From Herminiimonas fonticola (GTDB lineage Bacteria; Pseudomonadota; Gammaproteobacteria; Burkholderiales; Burkholderiaceae_D): a stretch of 64,000 nt of DNA. The notes beneath the pieces were generated by a model, which was not told the origin of the DNA, did no database searches, and saw only the letters and a list, made by a program, of their open reading frames with translations. A program made the position numbers and the translations under genes. The DNA is taken from the NCBI RefSeq assembly GCF_040395855.1, contig NZ_JBEBPO010000002.1, positions 2,761 through 66,760 of the forward strand. The letters are read 5' to 3'. Positions 17,781 through 26,681 of the stretch are shown here, piece after piece (position 1 is the stretch's first letter; each line of letters opens with the position of its first letter).

Positions 17781-19214
17781 TCAGTTTTTGCGCGGCACGA
17801 TACGTACGAGTTCGGCGACGCCCATGACATGACAGAGCGCGATGATGAAGTGATTGGCATGGTGCAATTCGATACTTTTTCCGCTGTTGATCAGTGGCGT
17901 CAGACTGCCGAACAGGCGTCCGGCGGCATTGAAATCCATCCGCGTCAGGCGGCTGCAATCGAGTATGACCGGATTGTGCGTGTGTGCATGCACGGCGATG
18001 TTTTGCACCAGCGTATCGGTGCGGGCATCGATGACGACCGGCATCATGAAATGATCGCTGGCCGCGTCGTCCGGTTCGGCAGATTCTTCGGCGGCGGTGA
18101 CGACCTTGTTTTGCGGCGAGACGAAGGATGGTGGCGATACTTCAAAGGTGATGCAGTAATCGATACTGGTTTCTTCAAAATCGGATTCGCGATTCAGCAA
18201 ACGCAAAATTTCCAACAGTAGTAGCCACGGCGCTTCGGTTTCATCGCGGCGGCCGACTTGCAGTATGGAACGGATTTTTTCCGCCAGTTCCGGTGCGCCG
18301 ACCAGAATCAGGTTGTGGCCGGATTTTTGCAGTTTCTGCAATATGCTGAACAGCAGTCCGCAACCTACCGGATCGACCTCGCTGACGCGTGCAAATTCGA
18401 GCTTGATGACATTGCTCATCCCGGCCATATTTTTGATGCGCTCCAGCTGCTTGATGCTGCCTGCATCGAGCTTGCCGGAAAATGCCACGCTCGGCGTGGT
18501 ACTGGCGCGTGGCGCTGCTGCCTGCGCTGCGGGTTCGGCGCTGCTGCCGTCCACCCATGCGGGCGGCGACATTTCAAATTTGTTCGCGTACTCGATCGAT
18601 AGATTCTCGAACGATGTGTGTTGCCCGGTGATCTGGTACAGATCGAACAGCATGCCCCAGACGGTCAGCGGTGTGCTGCCGAGCGCATCTTCTGCAATGG
18701 CGTTCAGCAATATGGGTTCGACCAGATCGGTCTGGCCGTTGGCAAACAGGATGGCGGCTTCTTCAATGACAGGCGCTGCTTCGGAAGCCGAAATGGCAAC
18801 CGGCCTCATCACTGTTTCTGCGCCCAGCAGGAAGGCGGTGCTGGCGCCCATGAGATCGGGCAGCATGGATGGCTGCTCAAGCGGCGGGGTGGCGTCGCTG
18901 TCGGGTTTGGCTTGGATGCGCGTATCCGGTGCGCGGACATTGGTATTGAGGAACTGGCTGGGTGGGCCGGGCAGGGTATTGCCGCTGAAAGGCAGCGGCT
19001 TGACGAATTCGGACGACATTTCAGACTCGATCGCATCGATCTTCATGGCCGTGGCGTGCGCTGCCTGGCGTTGCACTTGCTGCGTTTGTTCGTTTTCGTT
19101 TTTTGCGTTGATGCGGGCTGCGTTGTCGCTGCGTTTTTTTTGCGTAGACTCCTGCTCAGTCGACTTGCGTGCCGGCTGCTGGCCCTTCTTGCCAAATAGC
19201 GAAAAAATCCCCAC
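17781..19214 (-). CDS. Protein with a disordered N-terminus, a helical TPR-like segment and two STAS-like domains
   Basis: 'FSGKLDA..KLEFARVSEVDPVGCG' and 'ILDCSRLTRMDFNAAG' are STAS-like; GTG start at 19214 with AGGA RBS. Confidence 0.7.
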   Translation of the reverse strand: MGIFSLFGKKGQQPARKSTEQESTQKKRSDNAARINAKNENEQTQQVQRQAAHATAMKIDAIESEMSSEFVKPLPFSGNTLPGPPSQFLNTNVRAPDTRIQAKPDSDATPPLEQPSMLPDLMGASTAFLLGAETVMRPVAISASEAAPVIEEAAILFANGQTDLVEPILLNAIAEDALGSTPLTVWGMLFDLYQITGQHTSFENLSIEYANKFEMSPPAWVDGSSAEPAAQAAAPRASTTPSVAFSGKLDAGSIKQLERIKNMAGMSNVIKLEFARVSEVDPVGCGLLFSILQKLQKSGHNLILVGAPELAEKIRSILQVGRRDETEAPWLLLLEILRLLNRESDFEETSIDYCITFEVSPPSFVSPQNKVVTAAEESAEPDDAASDHFMMPVVIDARTDTLVQNIAVHAHTHNPVILDCSRLTRMDFNAAGRLFGSLTPLINSGKSIELHHANHFIIALCHVMGVAELVRIVPRKN

Positions 19215-19410
19215 GTCTATCCTGGTGAACAACGGCTGCACCAGTCAGATATAGACGGGTGCGCCAAGTTTATAAAATGCTGCGCCCGGAGTATTTGTCC
19301 GCGCGCGACCATGCCAAAATTTCCGCTTAAAGGTAACACATGCAGGATGCACAAAGCGACCTGCAGATTCCCGCAGGTCACTAGTGTAGCCAAAAATCAG
19401 GCAACTATCT

Positions 19411-21417
19411 TTAAAAACTTGTACGAACGCCAACGATCAGGTTTCGACCTGGCAGTGGTGCGACTTCACGCAACACCGACGTTGCCAGCCGGATATCTTC
19501 ATTCAGCAGATTTTTGACGATGGCAAACCAGGTAAGCTGGGTCGAGTTGATGTTTTGCGTAAAGGACAAGTTTGCATCGACCTGGGTGTAGGAAGGCGTG
19601 ACGAAGCTTTCAAAGCTGGCCAGCTTGTCTTGCTGTTGCGCGTGCAGGACTTTCACGCCCGAGCGCCAGGGGCCTTGACGATACCCGACTTCGCCACCGA
19701 AACGCGTTGCCGGCTGCAGCGGCAGATTGTCGAGGCCAGTCAATTTGCCGCGCGAGGTATCGGCAAAGCCACGCAAGGACCAGCCTTCACCGCGCAGGTT
19801 GTAGCTGATCTCGGCTTCGGCGCCGCGTATCGTGGCGCTGTTTTGCGACCAGAAGCGTTGGGTGAATTCGCCACCTGGCATGCCATCTTCATCTACAGTG
19901 GTGCCGTCAGTGCGGCCGTAGACGAAGTTCTTCACGCGGTTCTGGAAAATATTGGCTTTCCAGCGGATCAGACCTTCTGTTTTTTGCAGACTCAATTCAA
20001 AGTTGCGTGAAGTTTCCTTGGTCAGATTGGCGTCGCCTCTGTCGAAGGTGGCGGTCGATTCGTGCGGGCCGTTGGAATACAGTTCTTCGATTGCGGGCGC
20101 ACGCTGGGCAATCGCCGCCGTAGCGCCAAAGCCATAGCCGGGCGTGAAGGTCCACAGACCGCCTAGGGAATACGAACCGAGATTGAAGTCACGTTGCGAC
20201 AAACCCGATACTGCATCCGGCTTGCGTTTGACTGATTCTATGCGCGCACCGGCGCTGGCACGGAAAGGGCCGAAATCGCGCTCTTCCACCAGAAAGCCGG
20301 CGATCGAATCAGTCTTGGTGAGCGGTACGGTCTCCGGCCCGCTGCCGTCGGCGGCCAGCGCCGAGAATTCCGAATTTTCAGTTTGCAGGCCGAAGGTGCC
20401 GCGCCATCCGGCCAGCGGTTTGTGCGTCAGTTCCAGCCGGCTTTCCAGTGCATTGTTCTTGAAATTGGTCGCTGGCGTGCCGTCTTGCAGATTTTCCGTG
20501 TGCTTGTAATCGGTATGGCCCAGTTTGAAGCGCAGCGATTCGATATTGCCGAATGGTTCCCTGATCAAACCGTCGAGATCGAAGCGGGTTTGTTTCAGGG
20601 TGATGAAAGAGCGTTCTTCGGTTGGAATGCCGTAGCGATCGTCATTGACGCCGACCGAGGCGCCTATGTGGCCCCAGTCCTGAATGTAGGAGGCGCCGAA
20701 TCCGATGCTGTTGGCGCGCGCAAAGGAATTGGGCAGGCGGCCGGAACCCAGAGCCGGATCGCTCAGGCTGACGTTGCCGGGGATCTTGTAATCGTCGGCA
20801 TCGCGCAGATTGCCGTCGATATGCAGGCCGATGTCACCGGCTGCACCGTCCACCGACAGCGAAGTATTTTTCATGCGGTCGACAGTGCCGTAACGCAGTT
20901 CCGCTTCGCCGGTTGGCTTGGTATTGAGTACGGTGGGAATGCGATCGTTGATGATATTGACCACGCCGCCGATGGCGCCGGAGCCGTACAGCAGAGCTGC
21001 GGGACCGCGCAGGATTTCGATCTGGCGTGCGGTTGATGCTTCGCCTCCGACCGCATGATCGTTGGACAGACTGGATGCATCCATTACCGACATGCCGTTT
21101 TGCAGGATCTTGACGCGCGGGCCTTCCAGACCGCGAATGATGGGACGCGAGGCGCCGGCGCCAAAGGCTGAAGCAGAGACGCCGAGTTCCTGCGAGAGCG
21201 TATCGCCTAGCGAATTGCCGAGTTTTTCACGAAGTTCGTTGCCGTACAAAACCTTGGCGGGCGCGAGAATTTGTGCGCCCTCGTCGTTATTGAATGGCGT
21301 GGATGTGACAACCACGGCAGGCAGGGTTTGTTCTTGCGCTTGCGCAAAGGCGGAATGAGAAAAGGAGGCAAGCGCAGATAGAACGGCGCTTGCCAACAGG
21401 GTGCGTTGGGCGATCAT
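19411..21417 (-). CDS. TonB-dependent receptor, ZnuD-like (probable zinc uptake)
   Basis: Signal peptide, TonB box 'LPAVVVT', plug 'SRPIIRGL..SNDHAV..RGPAALLYGSGA', 'GPHESTATF', C-terminal Phe. Confidence 0.85.
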   Translation of the reverse strand: MIAQRTLLASAVLSALASFSHSAFAQAQEQTLPAVVVTSTPFNNDEGAQILAPAKVLYGNELREKLGNSLGDTLSQELGVSASAFGAGASRPIIRGLEGPRVKILQNGMSVMDASSLSNDHAVGGEASTARQIEILRGPAALLYGSGAIGGVVNIINDRIPTVLNTKPTGEAELRYGTVDRMKNTSLSVDGAAGDIGLHIDGNLRDADDYKIPGNVSLSDPALGSGRLPNSFARANSIGFGASYIQDWGHIGASVGVNDDRYGIPTEERSFITLKQTRFDLDGLIREPFGNIESLRFKLGHTDYKHTENLQDGTPATNFKNNALESRLELTHKPLAGWRGTFGLQTENSEFSALAADGSGPETVPLTKTDSIAGFLVEERDFGPFRASAGARIESVKRKPDAVSGLSQRDFNLGSYSLGGLWTFTPGYGFGATAAIAQRAPAIEELYSNGPHESTATFDRGDANLTKETSRNFELSLQKTEGLIRWKANIFQNRVKNFVYGRTDGTTVDEDGMPGGEFTQRFWSQNSATIRGAEAEISYNLRGEGWSLRGFADTSRGKLTGLDNLPLQPATRFGGEVGYRQGPWRSGVKVLHAQQQDKLASFESFVTPSYTQVDANLSFTQNINSTQLTWFAIVKNLLNEDIRLATSVLREVAPLPGRNLIVGVRTSF

Positions 21418-21501
21418 GAGCTTCCTTGATAAGACGAATGAGAATGGCCGTTGCCGGATCGCAGGGCGATCGGACACGGCAGCACAAACAGGGAAAATCA
21501 G

Positions 21502-21900
21502 TTACGCCGTTGGCGGTGCGCGGGAAGAGAAGTGACAGAGGAAAGGTGCGTCCCATGAAGCATGGGCAGCCCACAGCGCCAGAACTTGCACGCTGGTTTG
21601 CAGAAGGGGAATAAACGGAAGTGCAGGTGCGCTATCCGCCAGCGCCATGCCATCGAACAAGGTACAGGAGTGCAGTTTTTCGCCTGCATATTCGGTAGCG
21701 GAATCAGGCGTTGTACCGGCGGTTGATGCGGAAGATGTTGCACCTATGGTCTGCACTGCATGCTGACGATCTGTTCTGTCGGCATGCTCGATTCGATGCC
21801 GCAATCCCATCCATTGCGCGAACAATACGGCAAGCACCAACAATGCGGCGAAGCAAAGTCGGGTTGTGCTTGGTGTGCGTGATGAAAATGCAGGTTTCAA
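21502..21900 (-). CDS. DUF2946-like small metal-associated membrane protein
   Basis: Hydrophobic N-terminus ending 'RHRIEH', central 'HSCTLFD', C-terminal 'SRAPP'; directly upstream of the receptor; TTG start uncertain. Confidence 0.6.
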   Translation of the reverse strand: MKPAFSSRTPSTTRLCFAALLVLAVLFAQWMGLRHRIEHADRTDRQHAVQTIGATSSASTAGTTPDSATEYAGEKLHSCTLFDGMALADSAPALPFIPLLQTSVQVLALWAAHASWDAPFLCHFSSRAPPTA

Positions 21901-22033
21901 AATTACTCGTTGTTTGTGCGGCGTGCGTGTCTTCAGATCAAAAGACCAGGTCGATCGATATCAGCGACCATTGCCCGGCAAGATGTCTCAGCCCAAGTTT
22001 GTTGTTTCCAAATCGAAGTACAAAATATTGTAT

Positions 22034-22048
22034 TGCAACAGAATTGCA
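22034..22048. promoter_or_regulatory. Zur-like operator
   Basis: TGCAA-CAGAA-TTGCA palindrome upstream of DUF2946-receptor; same pattern as at 24858. Confidence 0.65.
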
Positions 22049-22054
22049 TTCTAC

Positions 22055-22091
22055 AAAAAAACAAAGCGCGCGAATAGGGTGCCGCGCGCTT
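22055..22091 (-). terminator. Intrinsic terminator after dksA
   Basis: Stem AAGCGCGCG/CGCGCGCTT followed by a U-tract on the minus strand. Confidence 0.7.
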
Positions 22092-22128
22092 GTTTGTGAA
22101 CTGCGGTGCAGATTAATTCCGGATGGAA

Positions 22129-23094
22129 TCAATCGCCATACAATTTCTGTTTCAATTCGCGACGCTGCTGCGCTTCCAGTGACAGCGTGGCGGTAGGGCG
22201 TGCCAGCAAACGCGGTACACCGATAGGTTCGCCGGTTTCTTCGCACCAGCCGTAATCGCCGGAGTCTATGCTGGCGATCGATTGCTGTACTTTTTTCAGC
22301 AGCTTGCGTTCGCGATCGCGGGTACGTAATTCCAGCGCGTGCTCTTCTTCAATCGTGGCGCGATCGGCAGGATCGGGCACCAGCACGGTTTCGCGCAAAT
22401 GCTCGGTGGTTTCATCCGCGTTCTTCAACAACTCTTTTTCCAGCTGTTGCAGGCGGTCCTTGAAAAATGCGAGTTGCGCCGGATTCATGTAATCCTTTTC
22501 GCCCATCTTCAGGATTTGCGCTTCGGATAACAGGGTGCCGTCATTAGCGGCGCTCGGGGTTGCTTTGCTTGATTTAGTTGCCACTTCGCGTACTTTCAAA
22601 ACTACAGGTTGTTCAATTTTATCTACTGATCGGGAGGCGGTCTTGTTGCCGCTGCCAGCTCCTGACCGAGATGCGCTTTTATTCGGTGTTGCTGCCGCTG
22701 CTGTTGTTACCTTGCGGGTACTTGCAGCAGCTTCCTTTTTAATTGGTTTTGCGACTGTCTTGCCAACCAGCTTTGCTTTGACTGCGGGTTTCACCACAGG
22801 TTTCGTCGCCGGCTTCACAATTTTTTTTGCGATGGATTTTGCCGCAACCGTTTTTGTTTTGCTGGCGACCTTGTTGGATTTTACCGCAGTCTTGGTCGGT
22901 GTTTTTTTCGCGACTTTGGATGCTGCCTTAAGCGCGGGCTTGGTCGTCTTGGCTACAGCCTTGACGACTTTCCCTGCCGAGGTTTTCGCAGATGATTTCG
23001 CCACTGCTTTGCCGGCAGGTTTTGCACGTGTAACTGCAGTTGCCTTGGAGGCTGTTTTTTTTGTGCTTTTAGATTTTGTGGCAGTTGCGTTCAT
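22129..23094 (-). CDS. dksA: RNA polymerase-binding protein DksA with a long Lys/Ala-rich N-terminal extension
   Basis: 'DYMNPAQLAFF', tip 'DPADRA', 'RDRERKLLKK', 'YGWCEETGEPIG..RLLARPTA'. Confidence 0.92.
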   Translation of the reverse strand: MNATATKSKSTKKTASKATAVTRAKPAGKAVAKSSAKTSAGKVVKAVAKTTKPALKAASKVAKKTPTKTAVKSNKVASKTKTVAAKSIAKKIVKPATKPVVKPAVKAKLVGKTVAKPIKKEAAASTRKVTTAAAATPNKSASRSGAGSGNKTASRSVDKIEQPVVLKVREVATKSSKATPSAANDGTLLSEAQILKMGEKDYMNPAQLAFFKDRLQQLEKELLKNADETTEHLRETVLVPDPADRATIEEEHALELRTRDRERKLLKKVQQSIASIDSGDYGWCEETGEPIGVPRLLARPTATLSLEAQQRRELKQKLYGD

Positions 23095-23207
23095 AGTCCC
23101 TTGTCCTCAATGAACCTTCACACCTCAGATCTTATCGTGCTCCGCGTGCGAATCGCATCTCTCGCATCATCCAGGCCGTTATACCCTGAGCTCAAAACCA
23201 CGGTAGT

Positions 23208-24257
23208 TTATACCAAACATTGTTCCAATCCGAGAATAAAAGTTTCTTTTGGCAGATTCTGTCCAATAAACACCATTTTGCTTGAACGGCTCTCATTTTC
23301 ACCCCATTTGCCGCCTATATCGGATCCCATGATCTGATGCACTCCCTGGAATACAACCTTGCGATCGGCGCCGTCCATCCACAGCACACCTTTGTAACGC
23401 AGCATGCGCGGACCGAATACCTGCACAATGCTGCCAAGGAATTCGTCCAGTTTTTCGGTATTGAACGGGCGCTCGCTCTTGAAGACGAAGGCGGCGATAT
23501 TGTCGCTGTGATGCGAGTGATGGTGGTCATGATTGTGTTCGTGATCATGCGTGCAATGCGCATCGCAAGCATGATCATGATGATCGTGTGCATGCTCTTC
23601 TGCGGCAATGAAGTCGGGATCAATCTCAAGCTTGTCATTCAGGTTGAAACCGCGCAGGTCCAGCACGTCGGCAATTGCCACGCGGCCAAAATCCGTGGTG
23701 CTGACAGGCGCACGTGGATTGATGCGCTTGATGCGTTCGATCAGGATACTCAATTCATCTGTGCTGACCAGATCGGTTTTGGATAGCAGCAATTTGTCGG
23801 CAAAGCCGATCTGACGTTGCGCTTCTTCATAGGTATCCAGCTGGTGCATCGCATGTTTGGCATCGACTACGGTAATGATGGCATCGACCAGATAGTCGGC
23901 GGCGACTTCTTCATCAATGAAGAAGGTTTGTGCCACCGGACCCGGATTGGCAAGGCCGGTGGTTTCGATCACGACATGGTCGAACTGCAGTTCGCCGGCA
24001 TGGCGGCGTTGCGCCAGTGCGGTCAGTGCCACGATCAGGTCGCCGCGCACAGTGCAGCAGATGCAGCCGTTGTTCATCTCGACTATCTGTTCGGTGCCGT
24101 CTTGCACCAGGATTTCGTTATCGATATTTTCCTGGCCGAATTCGTTTTCAATGACTGCGATTTTGAAACCGTGCGGCTCCTGCAAAATGCGGTTGAGCAG
24201 CGTGGTTTTGCCGGCGCCCAGAAAGCCGGTCAGGATGGTGGTGGGGATGAGTGCCAT
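23208..24257 (-). CDS. COG0523/CobW-family G3E metallochaperone GTPase
   Basis: 'GFLGAGKTT', 'ENEFG', 'GCICCTVR', 'IETTGLA', His-rich linker, CobW C-terminal 'LRYKGV'. Confidence 0.92.
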   Translation of the reverse strand: MALIPTTILTGFLGAGKTTLLNRILQEPHGFKIAVIENEFGQENIDNEILVQDGTEQIVEMNNGCICCTVRGDLIVALTALAQRRHAGELQFDHVVIETTGLANPGPVAQTFFIDEEVAADYLVDAIITVVDAKHAMHQLDTYEEAQRQIGFADKLLLSKTDLVSTDELSILIERIKRINPRAPVSTTDFGRVAIADVLDLRGFNLNDKLEIDPDFIAAEEHAHDHHDHACDAHCTHDHEHNHDHHHSHHSDNIAAFVFKSERPFNTEKLDEFLGSIVQVFGPRMLRYKGVLWMDGADRKVVFQGVHQIMGSDIGGKWGENESRSSKMVFIGQNLPKETFILGLEQCLV

Positions 24258-24280
24258 GATGTTTGAATAATGCCTTGAAT

Positions 24281-24814
24281 TTAATGTGCGCAATCGGCAC
24301 ACCATCCCTTGATGGTGAGTTCGATTTCGTGACTTTGAAAACCTTTGCCCAGCGTGGCTTGCAGAACCTTTTGCAATTGCTGGCGCAAGGTGGCGGCCGA
24401 TGGATTGAGTTTCGCCTGGCTGTCGACGGCCAGCAGTTTTTCATCGACGTTATCGATGCAGAAAACCTTGGCGCAACGCGTGCATTTGAAGTGGCCGTGT
24501 TGATGCTGCTGTTGCTGCATCTGGTTTTTGCCGCTGTTTGCCAGATGTTCGGCACCGGCGTTATAGCGGAATACGCGATCGTCGCCGGCGATCTTGTGCG
24601 CCAGTCCGGCATCGGTCAGCGCGTCCAGTGCGCGGTAGAGCGTGACCCTGTCCATATCGACCAGCGTGTCTTGCACGTCCTGATGCGAGAGCGCGTACGG
24701 TGCGCCCAGCAGTGCGGCCAGTACCTTGATGCGGGCAGCGGTGGCGCGCAGCGAAGTGTCGCGCAACTGGCTTTCGGCCAGGGTCGGGTAATCTGGGGTG
24801 GCGGATTTCTTCAT
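24281..24814 (-). CDS. zur: Fur-family regulator, probable Zur
   Basis: 'DRVTLYRALD', 'HQHGHFKCTRC', C-terminal 'WCADC'; heads the COG0523-dksA unit. Confidence 0.75.
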   Translation of the reverse strand: MKKSATPDYPTLAESQLRDTSLRATAARIKVLAALLGAPYALSHQDVQDTLVDMDRVTLYRALDALTDAGLAHKIAGDDRVFRYNAGAEHLANSGKNQMQQQQHQHGHFKCTRCAKVFCIDNVDEKLLAVDSQAKLNPSAATLRQQLQKVLQATLGKGFQSHEIELTIKGWCADCAH

Positions 24815-24857
24815 GATGCTGCAGGTAATGAATAGTGTGTTGATTATGCCGTAAATT

Positions 24858-24872
24858 TGCAATTCAGTTGCA
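24858..24872. promoter_or_regulatory. Zur-like operator (autoregulation)
   Basis: TGCAA-TTCAG-TTGCA inside the larger AATTTGCAA-N5-TTGCAATTT, 44 bp upstream of the zur ATG. Confidence 0.7.
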
Positions 24873-24939
24873 ATTTATCCGTTTGTGCTCATGCTTTCCA
24901 TAGTGCAGGACAAGGAATGCGACGGTAGTGTCGAGGCGG

Positions 24940-25896
24940 TCAGGGTTTCTTTTTGGCGCGCGGATGGGCGGCGTCGTAGACTTGTGCCAGACGCTGAAAG
25001 TCCAGCGAGGTGTAGATCTGTGTGGCAGAGATGGATGCGTGGCCGAGCATTTCCTGTACGGCGCGTAAATCACCGGATGATTGCAGTACATGCGAAGCGA
25101 AGGAGTGGCGCAACACATGTGGATGTACATCCATCGGCAGGCCGACGGCTTGTGCATGCGCTTTCAGGCGCAACTGCAGCACGCGTGCCGAAATACGTGT
25201 GCCGCGCTCACTTAAAAACAGCGGGTGCGGATCGAGCTTGACCAAGGTATCGCGTACCGCCAGCCAGGCCTTGAGTGCATCGATTGCCGGCTGGCCGATG
25301 GGCACGCTGCGCATCTTGCTGCCTTTGCCGGTGACCATCGCTTCATGCGCATCGAAATCTATCCAGCCGGCCGATGTGTAGCGATTTTCCTGTACATATC
25401 TGAGATCCAGACTGACCAGCTCGGATACGCGCAAACCGCTGGAATACAGCAACTCAAACATTGCATGATTGCATAACTGCATGGACGCGTCGGCATTTTT
25501 GCCCGGGCTGGTTTCCGATACCAGGCGCACTGCATCATCGGCCGCCAGTGCTTTCGGCAAGGGTTTGTTGCGCTTGGGCGCCTTGATGCCATCCACCGGA
25601 TTGGAAGCGACGGCATTTTGTTCGGACAGCCAGCTGAAAAAGCCGCGCCAGGCAGAAAGCTTGCGTGCGATCGAACGTGCGTTCAAGCCTTTGGCGTGCA
25701 GTTGTGCTGCAAATTTACGAATCTGGAAATGACTGATGGCGCTGAGCGCTGCATTGCTATCGCTTGCGGTTGCCAGCGCAAGCAGCTCCAGCAGGTCGCG
25801 CCGATAGCTGGTAATCGTGAGGGGCGACAATTGCCGCTGACTGATCAGGTTATCGAGATAACCATCCAGATAAGCGTGATTGCCGGCCAGACTCAC
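24940..25896 (-). CDS. xerC: Tyrosine recombinase XerC
   Basis: 'ELLYSSGLRVSEL', 'GKGSK', 'HPHVLRHSFASH', 'LGHASISATQIY'; follows dapF-DUF484. Confidence 0.92.
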   Translation of the reverse strand: MSLAGNHAYLDGYLDNLISQRQLSPLTITSYRRDLLELLALATASDSNAALSAISHFQIRKFAAQLHAKGLNARSIARKLSAWRGFFSWLSEQNAVASNPVDGIKAPKRNKPLPKALAADDAVRLVSETSPGKNADASMQLCNHAMFELLYSSGLRVSELVSLDLRYVQENRYTSAGWIDFDAHEAMVTGKGSKMRSVPIGQPAIDALKAWLAVRDTLVKLDPHPLFLSERGTRISARVLQLRLKAHAQAVGLPMDVHPHVLRHSFASHVLQSSGDLRAVQEMLGHASISATQIYTSLDFQRLAQVYDAAHPRAKKKP

Positions 25897-25905
25897 GGTG
25901 ACAGT

Positions 25906-26574
25906 TTAGTCGAGCAGACTCGACAGCGCAGCGCTGGCGGTTTGGCCGATATTGCTCAGGAAATCGGTGGCCATATCGGAGGTGAATCGATGTGGATCTG
26001 GCGAGCCCAGCACCAGCAGGCCAAAAGCTTCCGGTGCATCGTCCAGCCGCAAGGGGAGCAAGGCCAGTGATTGTATCGAAGGCGCATCTTCCAGCCATGA
26101 TGCCGCTTCAAAATCGTTGTTGCCGCCACAGAAAGGCGTCGTCAAACCGTTGGAAAAAATACGCGAATCGGCGGAAACCGGTGCAGCAAACCAGGTGTGC
26201 GCAAATTCTTCCGCCACACCCCACAGACGCAGCGTGACGTGCGGCACGGCGAAGGTGGCTTGCAGTCCGGTCGTCAGCGTATGCGGCAAATCCACATCGT
26301 TGCGCGCCAGCAGCAGCGAGCGCGTCCAAGTATGAAACTTGTGCGTGATCTGGTCATTTTCCTGGCCGATGCGAATCAGTTCCGCCAGGCGCAGTTCCAT
26401 GATCTTGAACTTCTCGCGCATCACATCCATTTGCCGTTCCTGCAAGGATAAGGTGCGGCCGCCTAGCGGGCTCGACAGTTTTACCTGTGCCAACACTTCC
26501 GCATGTTCTTCAAAGAAATGCGGGTTGTTCAATAAATAGTCGGCGACGGCGTTGGAGTCCAGTGGAGAAGTCAT
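25906..26574 (-). CDS. DUF484 (YigA-like) GAF-domain protein
   Basis: 'VADYLLNNPHFF', 'SLQERQM', 'GLLVLGSPDPHRF..MATDFL'; lies between dapF and xerC. Confidence 0.85.
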   Translation of the reverse strand: MTSPLDSNAVADYLLNNPHFFEEHAEVLAQVKLSSPLGGRTLSLQERQMDVMREKFKIMELRLAELIRIGQENDQITHKFHTWTRSLLLARNDVDLPHTLTTGLQATFAVPHVTLRLWGVAEEFAHTWFAAPVSADSRIFSNGLTTPFCGGNNDFEAASWLEDAPSIQSLALLPLRLDDAPEAFGLLVLGSPDPHRFTSDMATDFLSNIGQTASAALSSLLD

Positions 26575-26681
26575 GTGGCTAGATAGGATAGAAAAATCGG
26601 TGTAGATGAAAGTGAGGCTGCATGCTGGCTCATGATTCTAACCGACATCCGTGAGGCAGCAAGCAATTCTGCGGTAGTCGA

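Noticed and set aside
21418-22033. Cobalamin riboswitch upstream of the TonB-dependent receptor
   Set aside because: No B12-box or GGGAA-type consensus seen; Zur-like boxes explain the regulation better
24940-25896. Tyrosine recombinase as a phage or island integrase
   Set aside because: The dapF-DUF484-xerC context identifies chromosomal XerC; no att repeats, tRNA or cargo genes nearby
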